Assembly: GCA_051453625.1 (NCBI GenBank)
Contig: JBOZIK010000001.1
Coordinates: forward strand, 21,365,703-21,398,951
From: Welwitschia mirabilis
Taxonomy: Eukaryota
Length of the DNA stretch: 33,249 nt
Direction: 5' to 3'
A model generated the notes under the pieces. The model was not told the origin of the DNA, did no database searches, and saw nothing but the letters and a program-made list of their open reading frames with translations. Of this stretch, positions 1-12,181 are shown piece after piece (positions within the stretch are counted from its first letter, which is position 1; every line of letters begins with the position of its first letter). Made by a program: the position numbers and the translations under genes.

Positions 1-119
1 AATTGATTTTACTTAAAAATGATTGCATACCTTTTATGTTTTATCAATTGGTAAATATTTGGTTTGGATCTTATTTCTATAAAAGAATGTAATATTTTGA
101 GACCATATAAACAGATCCT

Positions 120-120
<1 letters not shown>

Positions 121-152
<32 letters not shown>
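121..152 (+). repeat. (CTTT)8 microsatellite
   Basis: Eight perfect CTTT units; a degenerate counterpart lies at about 5810-5842 in the second copy. Confidence 0.95.
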
Positions 153-154
<2 letters not shown>

Positions 155-1930
155 AGTAAAGGTAGTAAATAGGCTTTTAGGATTTGAATAAGATTTACTT
201 TCTTTGATGTTTTCTTTTTACTTACATGATTTTGATTTTTATTTTTATTTTTATCTTTCTAGTTCAATAGTCCTTTTTTTCATTTTCTACCTTTGGTTTT
301 TTGCTAAATTTTAAATTCTTATTTTTTACTTTCTGTCTCTATCATCCTATCTATTATTTGGATGATGACAAGGATGGCTGTTAATTGTTTTTGATTTATT
401 TTAAGAAAATACATTCTGATGACTCTATTGAAATTTCTTCCTTAACTACTTAATAATTTCAAAAAGCTAATGAACACAAGTTGGAATTATTTGAGCAATC
501 ATTTGAATTTTTACTTAGCTTTTTCCTTTAGAAGTCATTATGATGTTGCTTGATCAGCTTTCAAACATGACTTATGTATTAATTTCCATGATTGGTCTTT
601 TGACTTAGATATTTTATAGTGGTAACACCTAATCTTAAAACATTCACACATTTATAAACTTTAGTTTAAAGCAAGATGCTTTATTTTTTATGTTTTTCTC
701 AATGGTAAAAAGGTCTTAGATTATTTAAGGGTGTTCTTTTATATTTTCGTCTTATGAATTTACCTTTGTATTTTAGAGTGTTTGATCATGTGGAATGTTG
801 TCTTTTTATTTCAAAAAAAAAATTAAAATAAGTCCATAATTTATTATTTAATATTTCAAAAAAATGATTAGCATGGTGTCCTACTACAAGTACACTAAGG
901 TAAATATTTTCGAGAGAAGCATTTGAAGGTGTAATATAGTAGCTGTGGAAACTTCACTAGGAAGTTAGTTGGTCATGCTTTATGGGTTCTTACTTCTATG
1001 GCTAGGGTTATACTTCTTTCATCATGGATAATAAAATAATAAAAACTTAGAGGCTATAAGATTAGTGATGTTCTTGGTATCATTAGAGGCATTGCTTATT
1101 TCTTAGATTTTTAGTCTTTCCACATGGTGATTTTATTTCTTAAGATTCAAATATTTGTTTTGAGATGTTGACAGGTGAGTATGTTTTTTATCCACTCTTT
1201 AATTTGATCATTTATCGTTTAAAACATTTGGTTTTTAATAGCATCATGATTACTACCTTATTAAATAAAATTTTTTATACATTAACTTATGCATTTTTAA
1301 AATCAAGTGATTTTATGATTTCTTTCATGGGAGTCTCCTAGGTTAAAATTTTAGATAGTTTGGTTATTTTGTTCTTATGTTACTTTTGTCCATTTTTTTT
1401 GTTTTCTTTGGTTGTTTGGTTAGGTGTTTCAAAGTCATTTCCATATTTTCTTATCATTTAATGCTTTCTTTACTTAGTTTTTAATAAAGAGTTGATTTGT
1501 TACTTGAATGAATTTCCTTAATAACTTTGCAATGTTTTTTAGAGTTATAAATGCTACTCTTAATCATTTTTTATGATGGAATATTTTTCTTTGTCCAATA
1601 TTTATTTGCTTGATAGAATATTTTATCCATCTATATTTCCAAATATAACATTTCTTTACTCAGCTTTTCACTTAATTTAGCATGTTATCGAAATTTAAAA
1701 ACACCCATCATCTACCTTTTGACTCTTGTCTACTCTCTTTATTTTTGAGTTTTTTCAAAGCTTCCATGAGAAAAAAATTTAAAATTTTCGTACACATTAT
1801 ATTACATGTTATTTTATTATGTGATGTGTTTTATAAGCCTGATTTATAATTTTTAAATTGACTTTTATTAAGACAAATTGGCTAACAATTGTGGTTTTTT
1901 TCCTAGGTTTTATTAGGAATTAATCAAGGG

Positions 1931-1946
1931 AAAGCGTGGGGGGAAA
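1931..1946 (+). other. Polypurine tract (PPT) preceding LTR-A1
   Basis: aaagcgtggggggaaa directly 5' of TGTTGTG; resembles the Athila AAGTGTGGGGG PPT. Confidence 0.8.
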
Positions 1947-2984
1947 TGTTGTGTTACTAACTCATGGTTACATGATGGGGATTTATGATCTGTTTTATAG
2001 GACATTTACACAAGTGTAAATGAAATTCTGAGGATTTTAAAGAATTAATAGAAAAACTCAAAAATGTACAATTCTTAGCAAGATTTGAGGGATTTAAGGC
2101 ACATTCTAATTTAAAGAGTTTTGAAGGAATATTAGTAACAAAAATTCTATCGTCTCCTCAATAAAATGATTAAAAAAGATCATCGTCCCCTCTATCATCC
2201 CTATGAAAAATATGACGATGACATTATTTAATGCTAACATGGACTACTAAAATACTACTAAGTAATTATGCTATGTTATCCTTTGTAATAACATTGTAAA
2301 CGACTCTGATAGCTGACCCTTAACTATTTCATTTGTTTCTTATTAGTAAAAGAGCATGTTTTTGAAGCACCTTCTATTTGTCATTTTCTATTCTATAACC
2401 CTAAAACTAAGTACCCCTTTAACTCTCCTCTCCATCTTCATTGCACTGAAAATTCTCATGATAGGAGATTGAAGGATGAGAGATCCATCTTGAGAGTCAT
2501 AGAAAGACATATCCATGGTGGAGGGTTGTGCATCCTCCATTGATTCTTGGCTATTTCATAAGTTAAATGCTTTATTCCTCTTAATATAAAACTTTGTTAT
2601 TGTTTTTGGGCATGTCATTTTCTCACATGTCCCTTATGGTTTATGTTGTCCTTGATTTGGTGACAATTTCATTGGTAATATAGATATTAAGATTAGCCTT
2701 TGTTAAGGCTAAAAGCAAGTAGTCTAGATTCATTTCGCATGCATTTAGGTTAGGTTGCATTTGCATTTGCATTATATATTTTTTCTGCATAGTTCTTTAA
2801 GTTTAGTTACTTTACTTTAGTGAAAATCAATCCTTATTCTTCTCTCATAATTCTTTAATGAGATATGACATTTAAGTTCATTTCCAATTATACTAGTATG
2901 TTGTATTATGTAAGATATCTATTTTATTTATGAATGATAGAGTCTCTTTAAGTATAAATATTTGCACAAATATGCACCACAACA
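1947..2984 (+). repeat. LTR-A1 (1038 bp), shared middle LTR of the tandem array
   Basis: Starts TGTTGTG and ends CACAACA (perfect 7-bp terminal inverted repeat). Homologous to 7827-8909 and to 21460-22542 (minus). Preceded by a PPT and followed by a PBS. Confidence 0.9.
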
Positions 2985-2987
2985 AAT

Positions 2988-3005
2988 TAGCATCATTGCT
3001 AAAAA
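2988..3005 (+). other. Degenerate primer-binding site, tRNA-Asp type (Athila)
   Basis: tagcatcattgctaaaaa versus the Athila consensus TGGCGCCGTTGCCGGGGA: every mismatch is G>A or C>T. Lies 3 nt after the LTR end. Confidence 0.7.
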
Positions 3006-3963
3006 GGATACTAAGAAGTATAAGGGTTGTTATCATTTGGGTGAGTACATCAGATTTCCATTTGATTATTTATCCATAATAATGTTGTGTTTTTATTAGG
3101 AATCATAGGTTTTTATTTTCTATTTGTAATTTTTCAATTTCAGGTTTTAGTAGTAAAATCCATCTTTTCCATCTCCTTTGTCATCTTGATGACTAGTAGG
3201 ATAATAGCCCATGTGTTTTTCTAGTTTTTGGCTTTTTACCCTATTAGTTTTGTTTTTCTACTCTTTGTGTTTGTCATTCCCTCTGTTATCTCCATAATAG
3301 ATAGGATGATCATTTGTTATTTTTTATTTATTTTTTTTATTATTTTTTGATTAAAGATACTATGACATGATCAGTCTGGAAAAGTAAATATTAGAAAAAT
3401 AGGGCTACTGATGGAAGAAATTATCAAAGAAGGATTGGCTTCCTTCAANNNNNNNNNNNNNNNNNNNNNNNNNNNNNNNNNNNNNNNNNNNNNNNNNNNN
3501 NNNNNNNNNNNNNNNNNNNNNNNNNNNNNNNNNNNNNNNNNNNNNNNNTCCTTCAAAATAGAATTAGGAACATAATCTCTAGATGCATACAATATCTTTT
3601 CTGAGTCCATTTTTTAAAAAAGAATAGAACTCAATTGTTACTGTGTACCTATCTTCATCTTGAATTAGATTTTCTTGTGTTCATTCTTCTTAATAATGAA
3701 TAATAATACAAGGACCCTTAGGAAAATTCTTACTGGAAAAAGATAAAATATTTTTAGGGTAATAGTAAAATAAAACACTTCAAGAGATTCTTATAGAAAG
3801 GGGTAATAATACAAAATGATGTTAAGTGTAGGGATTAGATCCATTCTTCTTTTCAACCATCTTATTATTCCCCCTCTTCTTTTTCAATTTCATATAAGAA
3901 TAACAATGAAAATCTTAGGGCTTTAATCTTATATTATTAATTTTATCCACCCAATCATTTTCT

Positions 3964-4998
3964 ATGAATTACTACGAAGAAGAACCATCTTCCACGAACT
4001 ACTACAAGGAAGAAATGATTAATGAAATAAAAGAAATTCTAGAAAATACTAGCAAAAGTAAAGAAGACATCAACAAAAAACTAGAAAATTTAGTTGAGAT
4101 CCTTCAACAAATACTATTACAAAATTAAGGTTCTCTTATAATACAACATCCTCAAATCTATTCTGCATCATCTTACCTTGAGGAAAATGATGATAATTTG
4201 GGAATAAATGATAATGATTCTTGCTTTTAAATAGAAGATGAAATTTTAGATCAAACTTCAACATCCTACCCATCAGGAGATAAGTAAAGGGGAGATAATA
4301 ATAATTTAACTCTATCTTTCAACAATGAAAATAAGGATAACCATTTATTAGATGATGATATTAAGGTATTAGATTATATCCCTGAAACCCAATTACTAGA
4401 TAAAGAGTACATTCATGAAAATTCTGAAAAATTTTTCTATGATAGATATAATGATCACATTTTTCCTTCTAATGAAAATAATAACATGCAACAAGTTGAT
4501 GAAAATTATGAAGAAGAAGATGATGATGACATTGAAACATAAAATCATATTCCTTATTTTCAACTACTTTATAAAAATGAAGGATTTTCACCTTTAAAAG
4601 AGTCTTAACTTATGAGATTAATAGAGATAAGTACTAAGACAAAATTAACAAAAATGAATTAACTTAGTAATAGCAACTCAAATAAGGATTACAGTTTAGA
4701 GTTAACAAAATTATTTAGAGAGGAAGAGAAGTCAATTCAAGAAATATTAGAAAATATTTCATCACATAATGAAGATAATGAAAGCTTTCCTTTCTATAGT
4801 CTTTATAATGATTTTTTAAAGGAATCCACAAACTTAGAAAAGAAAAATAATCCTCAACAAAACAAAAAATAAGAACAAGATACAATCATTAATGATAATA
4901 AGAAGAGGGAGATATTATCAATGAAGAAAGATCAAGTAACTCTTCAAACCACATCCTTGTCCTTAAAAATAATGAGACATGGCATTTTAAGGACTTGA
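3964..4998 (+). pseudogene. Decayed acidic, low-complexity ORF of unknown function inside element A
   Basis: One frame of about 345 codons (MNYYEEEPSSTNYYKEEMINEIKEILENTSKSKEDINKKLENLVEILQQILLQN...YEEEDDDDIET...) interrupted by only 7 internal stops, all TAA. Confidence 0.6.
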
Positions 4999-5688
4999 CT
5001 TTAAAAATATTCCAACCCTTTCCTTTGAAAATTTCATGTGCTAAAAAAGGTAACATCTTTTTCTCTTTTATAAAGCCAACTCTACCTTATGATTTCAATG
5101 ATTATTCTTTTCAAAAATAAGGCTTGGGATATCTTGAAACTATGAATTTTGGCAAGCCATATCTTCTTAATCCAAATTCATGTTTAAAATTTATTGCTAA
5201 AAGATGAGCTTTTTAGGTATGTAAAACCTATCTTAATCACTCATCTTAAGAAGTTTCTTACAAATTCTTAGATCTCAAATAATACCTCCCATGTTCAATA
5301 TCAAGTTTTGAATGCAATTTATGTTCCAAATATTTATATCATGAGTTTGATAAGAGATTATTTTTTCATGATTTGTATGAATTTTTTATCTTTTATGTTG
5401 TTGTTAGTTATTATGAAAACAAAATTTCATGTGCTTGAGAAAATTGAAAAAAGCCTTATTTTCTTACTAAAAATCCATGTCTTGAATTAAATGATAGAAA
5501 ACATTTTAAAGAACCTTCAAGATCACCTTGAAAACTGTCTTTGAAACCATTTTCACAAAATCATTCTTAGGATTCAAAAAGTTTTTATAAGAGATTATTT
5601 GTCAATGACACTTATTAATTTTTTATTTCTTATTTGAATTCTAAAATTTGTACTATGAAAGTTTCATCTTTTTATTCTCTCTTATTTT

Positions 5689-7826
5689 AATTGATTTTAC
5701 TTAAAAATTATTACATAACATTTATGTTTTATCAATTGGTAAATATTTGGTTTGGACCTTACTTCTATGAAAGAATGCAATATCCTAAGACCATCTAAAC
5801 AGATCCTTTTTTCTTTCTTTCTTTCTTCCTTTCTTCCTTTCTAATAGAGGTGTTAAATAGATTTTAGAATTTGAATAAGATTTTCTTACTTTTGTATTTC
5901 ATTTTTACTTTCATGATTTCTATTTTGATTTTGATTTTTAGCTCTCTATTTTGACAGTATCTATTTTCATTTTCTACCTTTAGTTTTCTACTAGATTTCT
6001 ATTTTTGTTTTTTACTTTTTATCTCTATTGTCCCCTCTATTCTTTGGATAGTGAGAAGAATGACTGTTAATTGTTTTTTATTTATTTTAAGAAAATATAT
6101 TCTAATGGCTTTATTGAGATTTTTAACTTAATTATTAATAATCTTAGGAAGTTAATGGGCAAAAGTTGGAATTATTCGAGCAACTATCTAAATTTTCTCT
6201 TAGATTTTTCCTTTGAAGGTCATTATGATATTACTTGATCATCTTTCAAATATGACTTATATATTTATTTTTATAATTAGTCTTTTGACTTGAGTATTTT
6301 ATAGTGTTAAGGTTGGATTCACCCAATCTTAAGACATTCACACATTTATGAACTTTATTTTAAAGGAAGATGCTTTATTTTTTATATTTTTCTTAATGAT
6401 AAAAAGGTCTTAGATTGTTTAAGGATGTTCTTTTGTATTTTCATCTTATGACTTTACTTTTGTCTTTTGGAGTATTTAATCATGTGAAATGTTTTCTTTT
6501 TGTGCTAAAAAAAAGAAATAAAACCATGATGTGNNNNNNNNNNNNNNNNNNNNNNNNNNNNNNNNNNNNNNNNNNNNNNNNNNNNNNNNNNNNNNNNNNN
6601 NNNNNNNNNNNNNNNNNNNNNNNNNNNNNNNNNGGAGTATTTAATCATGTGAAATGTTTTCTTTTTGTGCTAAAAAAAAGAAATAAAACCATGATGTGTT
6701 ATTTAATATTTCAAAAGCATGACCACCATGATGTCCTATCACAAGTACACTAGGGCAAATATTTCTGAGAGGAATCTTTGACAGTGTAATATGATAGATG
6801 TGAAAACTCCACTAGGAGGTCAGTTAGTCATGATTCATGGGTCCTTAATTCTCTAAATGTGGTTGCACTTCCCTCATCATAGATAATAACATAATAAAAT
6901 CATGGAGGCTATGGGATCAACAATGTTCTTGGTATCATCAGAGGCATTTCTTGTTTTCTATACTTTTAGTCTTTCCACATGGTCATTTCATTTCTTAAGA
7001 TTTAGGTGTTTATTTTGAGATGTTAGCAAGTGAGTTCATTTTTTATTCACTCTTTGGTCTGATTATTGATTTTTTAAAACATTTAACTTTTAGCATTATC
7101 ATAACCACTGCCTTATCAAATGAAATTTCTTATACATTATGTCATTTACTTTTAAAATTAAGTGAAATTATAATTTCTTTCATAGAAGTTTACTAGGTTA
7201 AAATTATTGATAGGTTGACTATATTTTGTTTATCTTACCTTCTGTCCATTCTTTTTATTTTTTTTTGTGGTTCAATTAGTTGTTTCAAAGTCATTTTTTT
7301 ATTTTCTTGTCATTTGATGCTTTTCATACTTAGTTTTAAATAAAGAGTTAATTTTTTTCTTGAAATAATTTCCTTAATAATTTTGTGATGTCTTTTAGAG
7401 TTGTAAATGCTACTCTTAATCATTTTTTATGATGGAATATTTTTATTTCTCCACTCTTTCTTTGTTTGTTAGCAAATTTTATCCATCTATATTTCCAAAT
7501 ATGACATTTCTTTACTCAGTTTTACACTTTATTTATAAAGTTTCTCAAGTTTAAAAACATCCATCATCTATCTTCTTACTCTCATTTGCCTTCTTTGCTT
7601 TCTCATGAATTATTTTTACAATTTTTGAGTTATTTCAAAGCTTTCATGAAATTAAATTTTAAAATTTTCATACACATTATTCATTCAATGTTATTTTTAT
7701 ATGTGATGTATTTTATGATCCTATTTTATAATTTTTACATTTATTTTTATTAAGACGAACTGACTCACAACTGTGGTTTTTCACCTAGTTTTTATTAGGG
7801 ACTAATAGAGGCTAAGTGGAGGGATA
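5689..7826 (+). repeat. 3' internal region of element A, ending in the PPT (aagtggagggata)
   Basis: Homologous to 1-1946 and to 22543-25380 (minus). Ends ttattagggactaatagaggctaagtggaggga, an Athila-style pre-LTR hairpin plus PPT. Confidence 0.85.
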
Positions 7827-8909
7827 TGTTGTGCCATCAATTTATGATTATTTGATGGGGTTTTATGAGCTATTTTATAGGACATTTGCATAGATTTATA
7901 TGTAATTCTAAGGATTTTGAAGAATTAATAAAAGATCTTTGACATGTGCAATTCTTAATAAGATTTGAGGCATTTAAGGCATATTTTGATGCACATAGTT
8001 TTAGAGGAAGATTACTAATAAAAATGCTATCTTCTTCTTAGAAAAATAATTAAAGAAAACTGTCATCCTTTTTGTTGTTTCTATGATAGACATGATGATG
8101 ACAACATTTGATGCTATTGTGAACTACTGAAATAGTACTAAGTCATTATGCAGTCATCTTTTGTAATGATATATTGTCCTCATCATCATTCAAATGATAG
8201 TGAGGATGACACTGACATTGTAATTGACTCTAATAACCAACCCTTGATTGTTTCATCCATTTCATATTTATAATAGAGCATGTTTTTGGAGTGTCTTTTG
8301 TTTATAATTTTCTAGTCTATAACCCTATAAATAAGTTCCCCTTTGACTCTCCTCTCTATCTTCATTAACTCAAAATTCTCATGATAGGAGACTAAAGGAC
8401 GGAAGATCCATCTCAAGAGTTGTAAAAAGACATTCCTTTGATAAAGAGCTATGCATCCTCCATTAAGGCCCAATTATTTTATAACCTAGATGCTTAGTTC
8501 CTCTTAATATAAAAATCTATTTTTCTTTTGTGCATGTTATTTTCTCAGATGTTCCTTATGGTTTATGTTGCTCTTGATCTAGTGACAATTTCATTAGTGA
8601 TATAGATCTTAAGGATAACCTTTGTTAAGGCTGAAAGTAAGTAGTTTAGATTTATTTTGCATTTCTTTTAGATGAGGTTGCATTTTCGTTTGCATTGCAT
8701 CTTTATTTTCTACATAGTTCTTTAAGTTTGATTACTTTACTTTGGTGAAAATCAATTATTATTCTTCTTTCTTAAGTCTTTAATGAGATATAACATTCAG
8801 GTTCACTCACAACTATACTAGTGTGTTGTATTATGTAAGACATCTATTTCATTTGTAAAGGATAGGATATCTTTGAGTATAAATGTTTATATAAATATGT
8901 ACTACAATA
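7827..8909 (+). repeat. LTR-A2 (3' LTR, 1083 bp)
   Basis: Starts TGTTGTG and ends tactacaata (decayed caccacaaca). Colinear with LTR-A1. Not followed by a PBS. Confidence 0.88.
8326..8333 (+). promoter_or_regulatory. Putative LTR TATA box
   Basis: TATAAATA mid-LTR followed by a pyrimidine tract; equivalent motif in LTR-E at 31855 and 33162. Confidence 0.5.
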
Positions 8910-11900
8910 ATAAGTCATACATATAAAGTCATACTAATTAGTTAAGAAATTCATTTCCATCATCATCCTCCCATCCTTTTCCATTAAATCAATATCATTC
9001 TAATTACCATCTTTCATCTAATTACTAATCCTTATTATTTAATTCATTGGAAGAAATAATGAGGAGTTTCATGAAATCCTAAAAATAGATCAATCAATAA
9101 CATGATTCATCCTTGAATAAATTTGAATAAACCATTACCTAAATTCTCTCTACTTTGAATTAAAGAGAAATTAGAAAAATCTTTATGATCTCATAACTAA
9201 ACCTAAGAGGAGCCAAAATTATAAAAGAATTATAGCCTAATAAAATTAAAAAACCAAGGTTATTCTCCTTAGAAGCGGAAAAGAGTTAAATAATTAACCT
9301 AGGCAAAATACAACTAGAGAAGAACTCATATCCATAGAAAATAACAAGGAGGGTTAACTAGTAGAGGAATTAAAAAAATCTTTTTCCATTTACTAAGAAT
9401 ATCTACTTTCTACAATAACTTAAAAAGGAAAGCATCATGGGAATTAGGAATTTTTAAAGAAGTTAAAATTAACATGTCACTATTAGAAGCTATTAAAAAA
9501 ATCCCTTCTTATGTGAAATTATTTAAATACATGTGTACAATTAAAATAAAAATGCATAATAAAGAAAAGGTCGTTTTCCTAATAAACTAATGCAATCATA
9601 CAAATCAAATCCTTCTAGAGTATAAAAGCCCTAGTTATCCTACAATTTCCATGATAATTGGAGATAAATACCTTAGGTAATCCTTCTTAGATCTTTAAGT
9701 AAGCATAAACCTACCCCATTTTTCTTACAAATATCTTAACCTAAATTACCTTAAAAGGATAGGACTTCAATTACAATTGGCTGACAACTCATTGAAAACA
9801 TCACTAGGAATTATTGAAGATGTAATTATTCAAGTAAATAATTGTCATTTTCTAGTAGATTTCATTGCATTATAAATAAATTCAATGAAGAATGATTTAG
9901 TTTCAATTATTTTAGATGAATCATTTCTAATCATGTTAAACACTCTTATTAATTATAGAAATGATTTGATGAAAAGTTTGGCAACATAACAATAGACTTG
10001 AATATTTTCAATATGGTTCAATTACTAAGGGATATTAATAATATTAATTTTATTTATAAAATTCATAATATTAATTCTTCTTCATTTGAATCAAACTCTT
10101 CTTTCTTTCATGAACATTTTAATTCTTTATACTAACCTTTTAAAGAATTATTAAAAAAGCATAAAAATCCTATAGATCAACCTAGATCTAACTTTAGATA
10201 GTTAGACTATCTTGATTGCAGTTCTCATATTCTTTTAAAGTTATTATAATTATGTGTAGAGTTGTTTCATAAAAATGATGTTCATCCTATACCTGATTTG
10301 GATAATTAGGGTTTTTCACCTTATAGTTGAAGTATTTTTAGCCTTCCCTTTTGCAAACTATTGGATAATCTCCTTATGGCAACCCATGTTAAAATACAAT
10401 AAACTCATTAATGTCCAAAGATGTTTTCATTACTAAAGATCATAAACACCATCATTGACTCAACCCTTTCACACCCACTTCATTTTTAGACCATCGCATT
10501 AAATGCATCAATCATCTATCCCTTCCATTCATCCATAAGTTCTTAAGATTAATGATCTTAGTTGATGGCCCTTAATGAATAAACTATTAATAAGTAATCA
10601 TTTTTTCAATACAAGTTTAGGTAGAATTTAAGTTCACTTGTATTTTTCAAGAAAATGTTATGCTCATTTTTTAGTTATCTTACTAAGGTTAGTTTCACTT
10701 GAGATCTCAATTTTTTAGAAAATATAGTTAAAAAGTGTGGAACTTATCTTCATACTATGTTCTTTGTTTTTAAGAATTTTATGGGAATAAGATATTTCTT
10801 AATTAGGCTAATAAACCCTCTTATGTGCATACATGATATGAGAAGAAGAAGCATAAAAATTAAAAAAATAATATCTTTTATCTAAAAGTTCATTTTATTA
10901 TGATTAATTAATTAGGTTTAGTTAACTACATTGAGGTGATATATGCTCAATGGTAATGCAACTCTACTACTCTATTTATGACATCATTGATGCATCAATG
11001 CTATATATACTTACTAACAATGCAACAATAATTTATTTAAGAAACAACATGCTTAACTTTATTGGAAGAAAATGTCATTACACCGAATGCTTAATATGAT
11101 CTAAATTCTTTAAAAAAGGATTTGTATATTGTAAAACAGATATATTATGAAAAGAAAAGGGGGGATTTGGATATGCTTTGATGTTTACTTTTCTTAACCT
11201 ATGTGCTTAAAAATTTTCTTACTAATTTTTGAATTTTTATAGGTTTATGTAAAGGATATCTTATTTGTTTAACACTATGATCCATTTAAATAAAAATAAA
11301 AATCATCAAAAATTTCAATAAAGTGGTCATTTACCTAGGCCTTTTTGTCTTTTTCATTCATAAGATTTATGGTTAATGTATGATTCCTATTAAATTCGCA
11401 TTAGTTTTATCCAATTACATTATCAATTTTAAATAACTTATTTCTATAAGAAAAGACATTGAAAAACATAGTTTTATTTCTTTAAACTAGCCTCTAGATC
11501 CATGTCATGCCCCATGAATAGTAAATATAGGCTATTGATGAACTTAAATGATCTTATAATTTACATTACCCTTACATCTATAAAAGCCTATAGCCTCTTG
11601 CATTTTTCCTACCCCATAAGATCAACCCTCCATTCCTATTGTGTTTTACCTCTTATTTAAAACATATCTGCATCCTCTATACTCAACAAATGCTACTATC
11701 TATGTTGATTGATGCCAATACCATTCTTACACAACCCATATGAAATCTCTAATATTAGCTATGTCTCATGTTTTTTAGTCTTTTGTGTTATTGGGTATGT
11801 CTCTTAAAATTGTTTTTTAGCCTATCTTACTTAAATTGTCTATGAATCACATTTTCAAATGCATTTCTTAATCCTAACATGGTAGTCTTTTACTTTCTCT

Positions 11901-12171
11901 TTATTCTTCTTTAACATTTCTATATTTTTCTCTATTTTCTTACTAATTTTTAGAAAAATGAGTGGAAGATAATGTGGCTTCAATGAAGAAGGAATTTTAA
12001 CTTTTTTTAAGATATTTTTACTCCATGTTATCTTACAACAATTAAAATAAGAGGATAAAATTATTTACTAAAAGAGACTAATGCATTTTACTATCTCAAA
12101 CAGGTGCTTGAATTTTATAAGCATCTTATATTTCTTGATGAATATCCATAAATAATCCATTTTCATATACA
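8910..12171 (+). mobile_element. Older Athila-like internal fragment (element F), no LTR visible
   Basis: gag/protease relic followed by AT-rich non-coding DNA with an aagtgtgg motif near 10733. The right boundary is a 10-N gap and the extent is uncertain. Confidence 0.55.
8950..10050 (+). pseudogene. gag-pol: Decayed Athila-like gag C-terminus plus aspartic protease (element F)
   Basis: Manual translation gives SLEEIMRSFMKS..., EVKINMSLLEAIKKIPSYVKLFKYMCT, YPTISMIIG, SFLDL*VSINLP (ALLDLGASVNL-type active site) and LQLADNSLKTSLGIIEDVIIQVNNCHFLVDFI, with many stops and frameshifts. Confidence 0.85.
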
Positions 12172-12181
12172 NNNNNNNNNN

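Larger units (their letters stand above)
1..1946 (+). mobile_element. 3' internal (non-coding) region of an upstream Athila-like element, family A; truncated by window start
   Basis: Colinear direct repeat of 5689-7826 (both start aattgattttacttaaaaat), roughly 80% identical by eye. Ends in a G-rich polypurine tract immediately before the LTR. Confidence 0.85.
1947..8909 (+). mobile_element. Non-autonomous Athila-like Ty3/gypsy LTR retrotransposon (family A), LTR-internal-LTR
   Basis: Two ~1.05-kb LTRs, Asp-type PBS at 2988 and PPT at 7814-7826. The ~4.8-kb internal region shows no RT, RNaseH or integrase motif; two 100-N gaps lie inside it. Confidence 0.82.

Noticed and set aside
4415..5490. 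Short ORFs 4415-4597 and 5308-5490
   Set aside because: The first is an off-frame shadow of the acidic relic. Both are short AT-rich frames with no motif.
6469..6698. Direct repeat around a 100-N gap, and the ORF 6415-6753
   Set aside because: Identical contig-end overlap on both sides of a placeholder gap; the homologous copy has the segment once. Assembly artefact.
8912..8934. aagtcatac-atata-aagtcatac repeat next to LTR-A2 as a TSD
   Set aside because: Both copies are on the same side of the LTR; it is a local micro-duplication.
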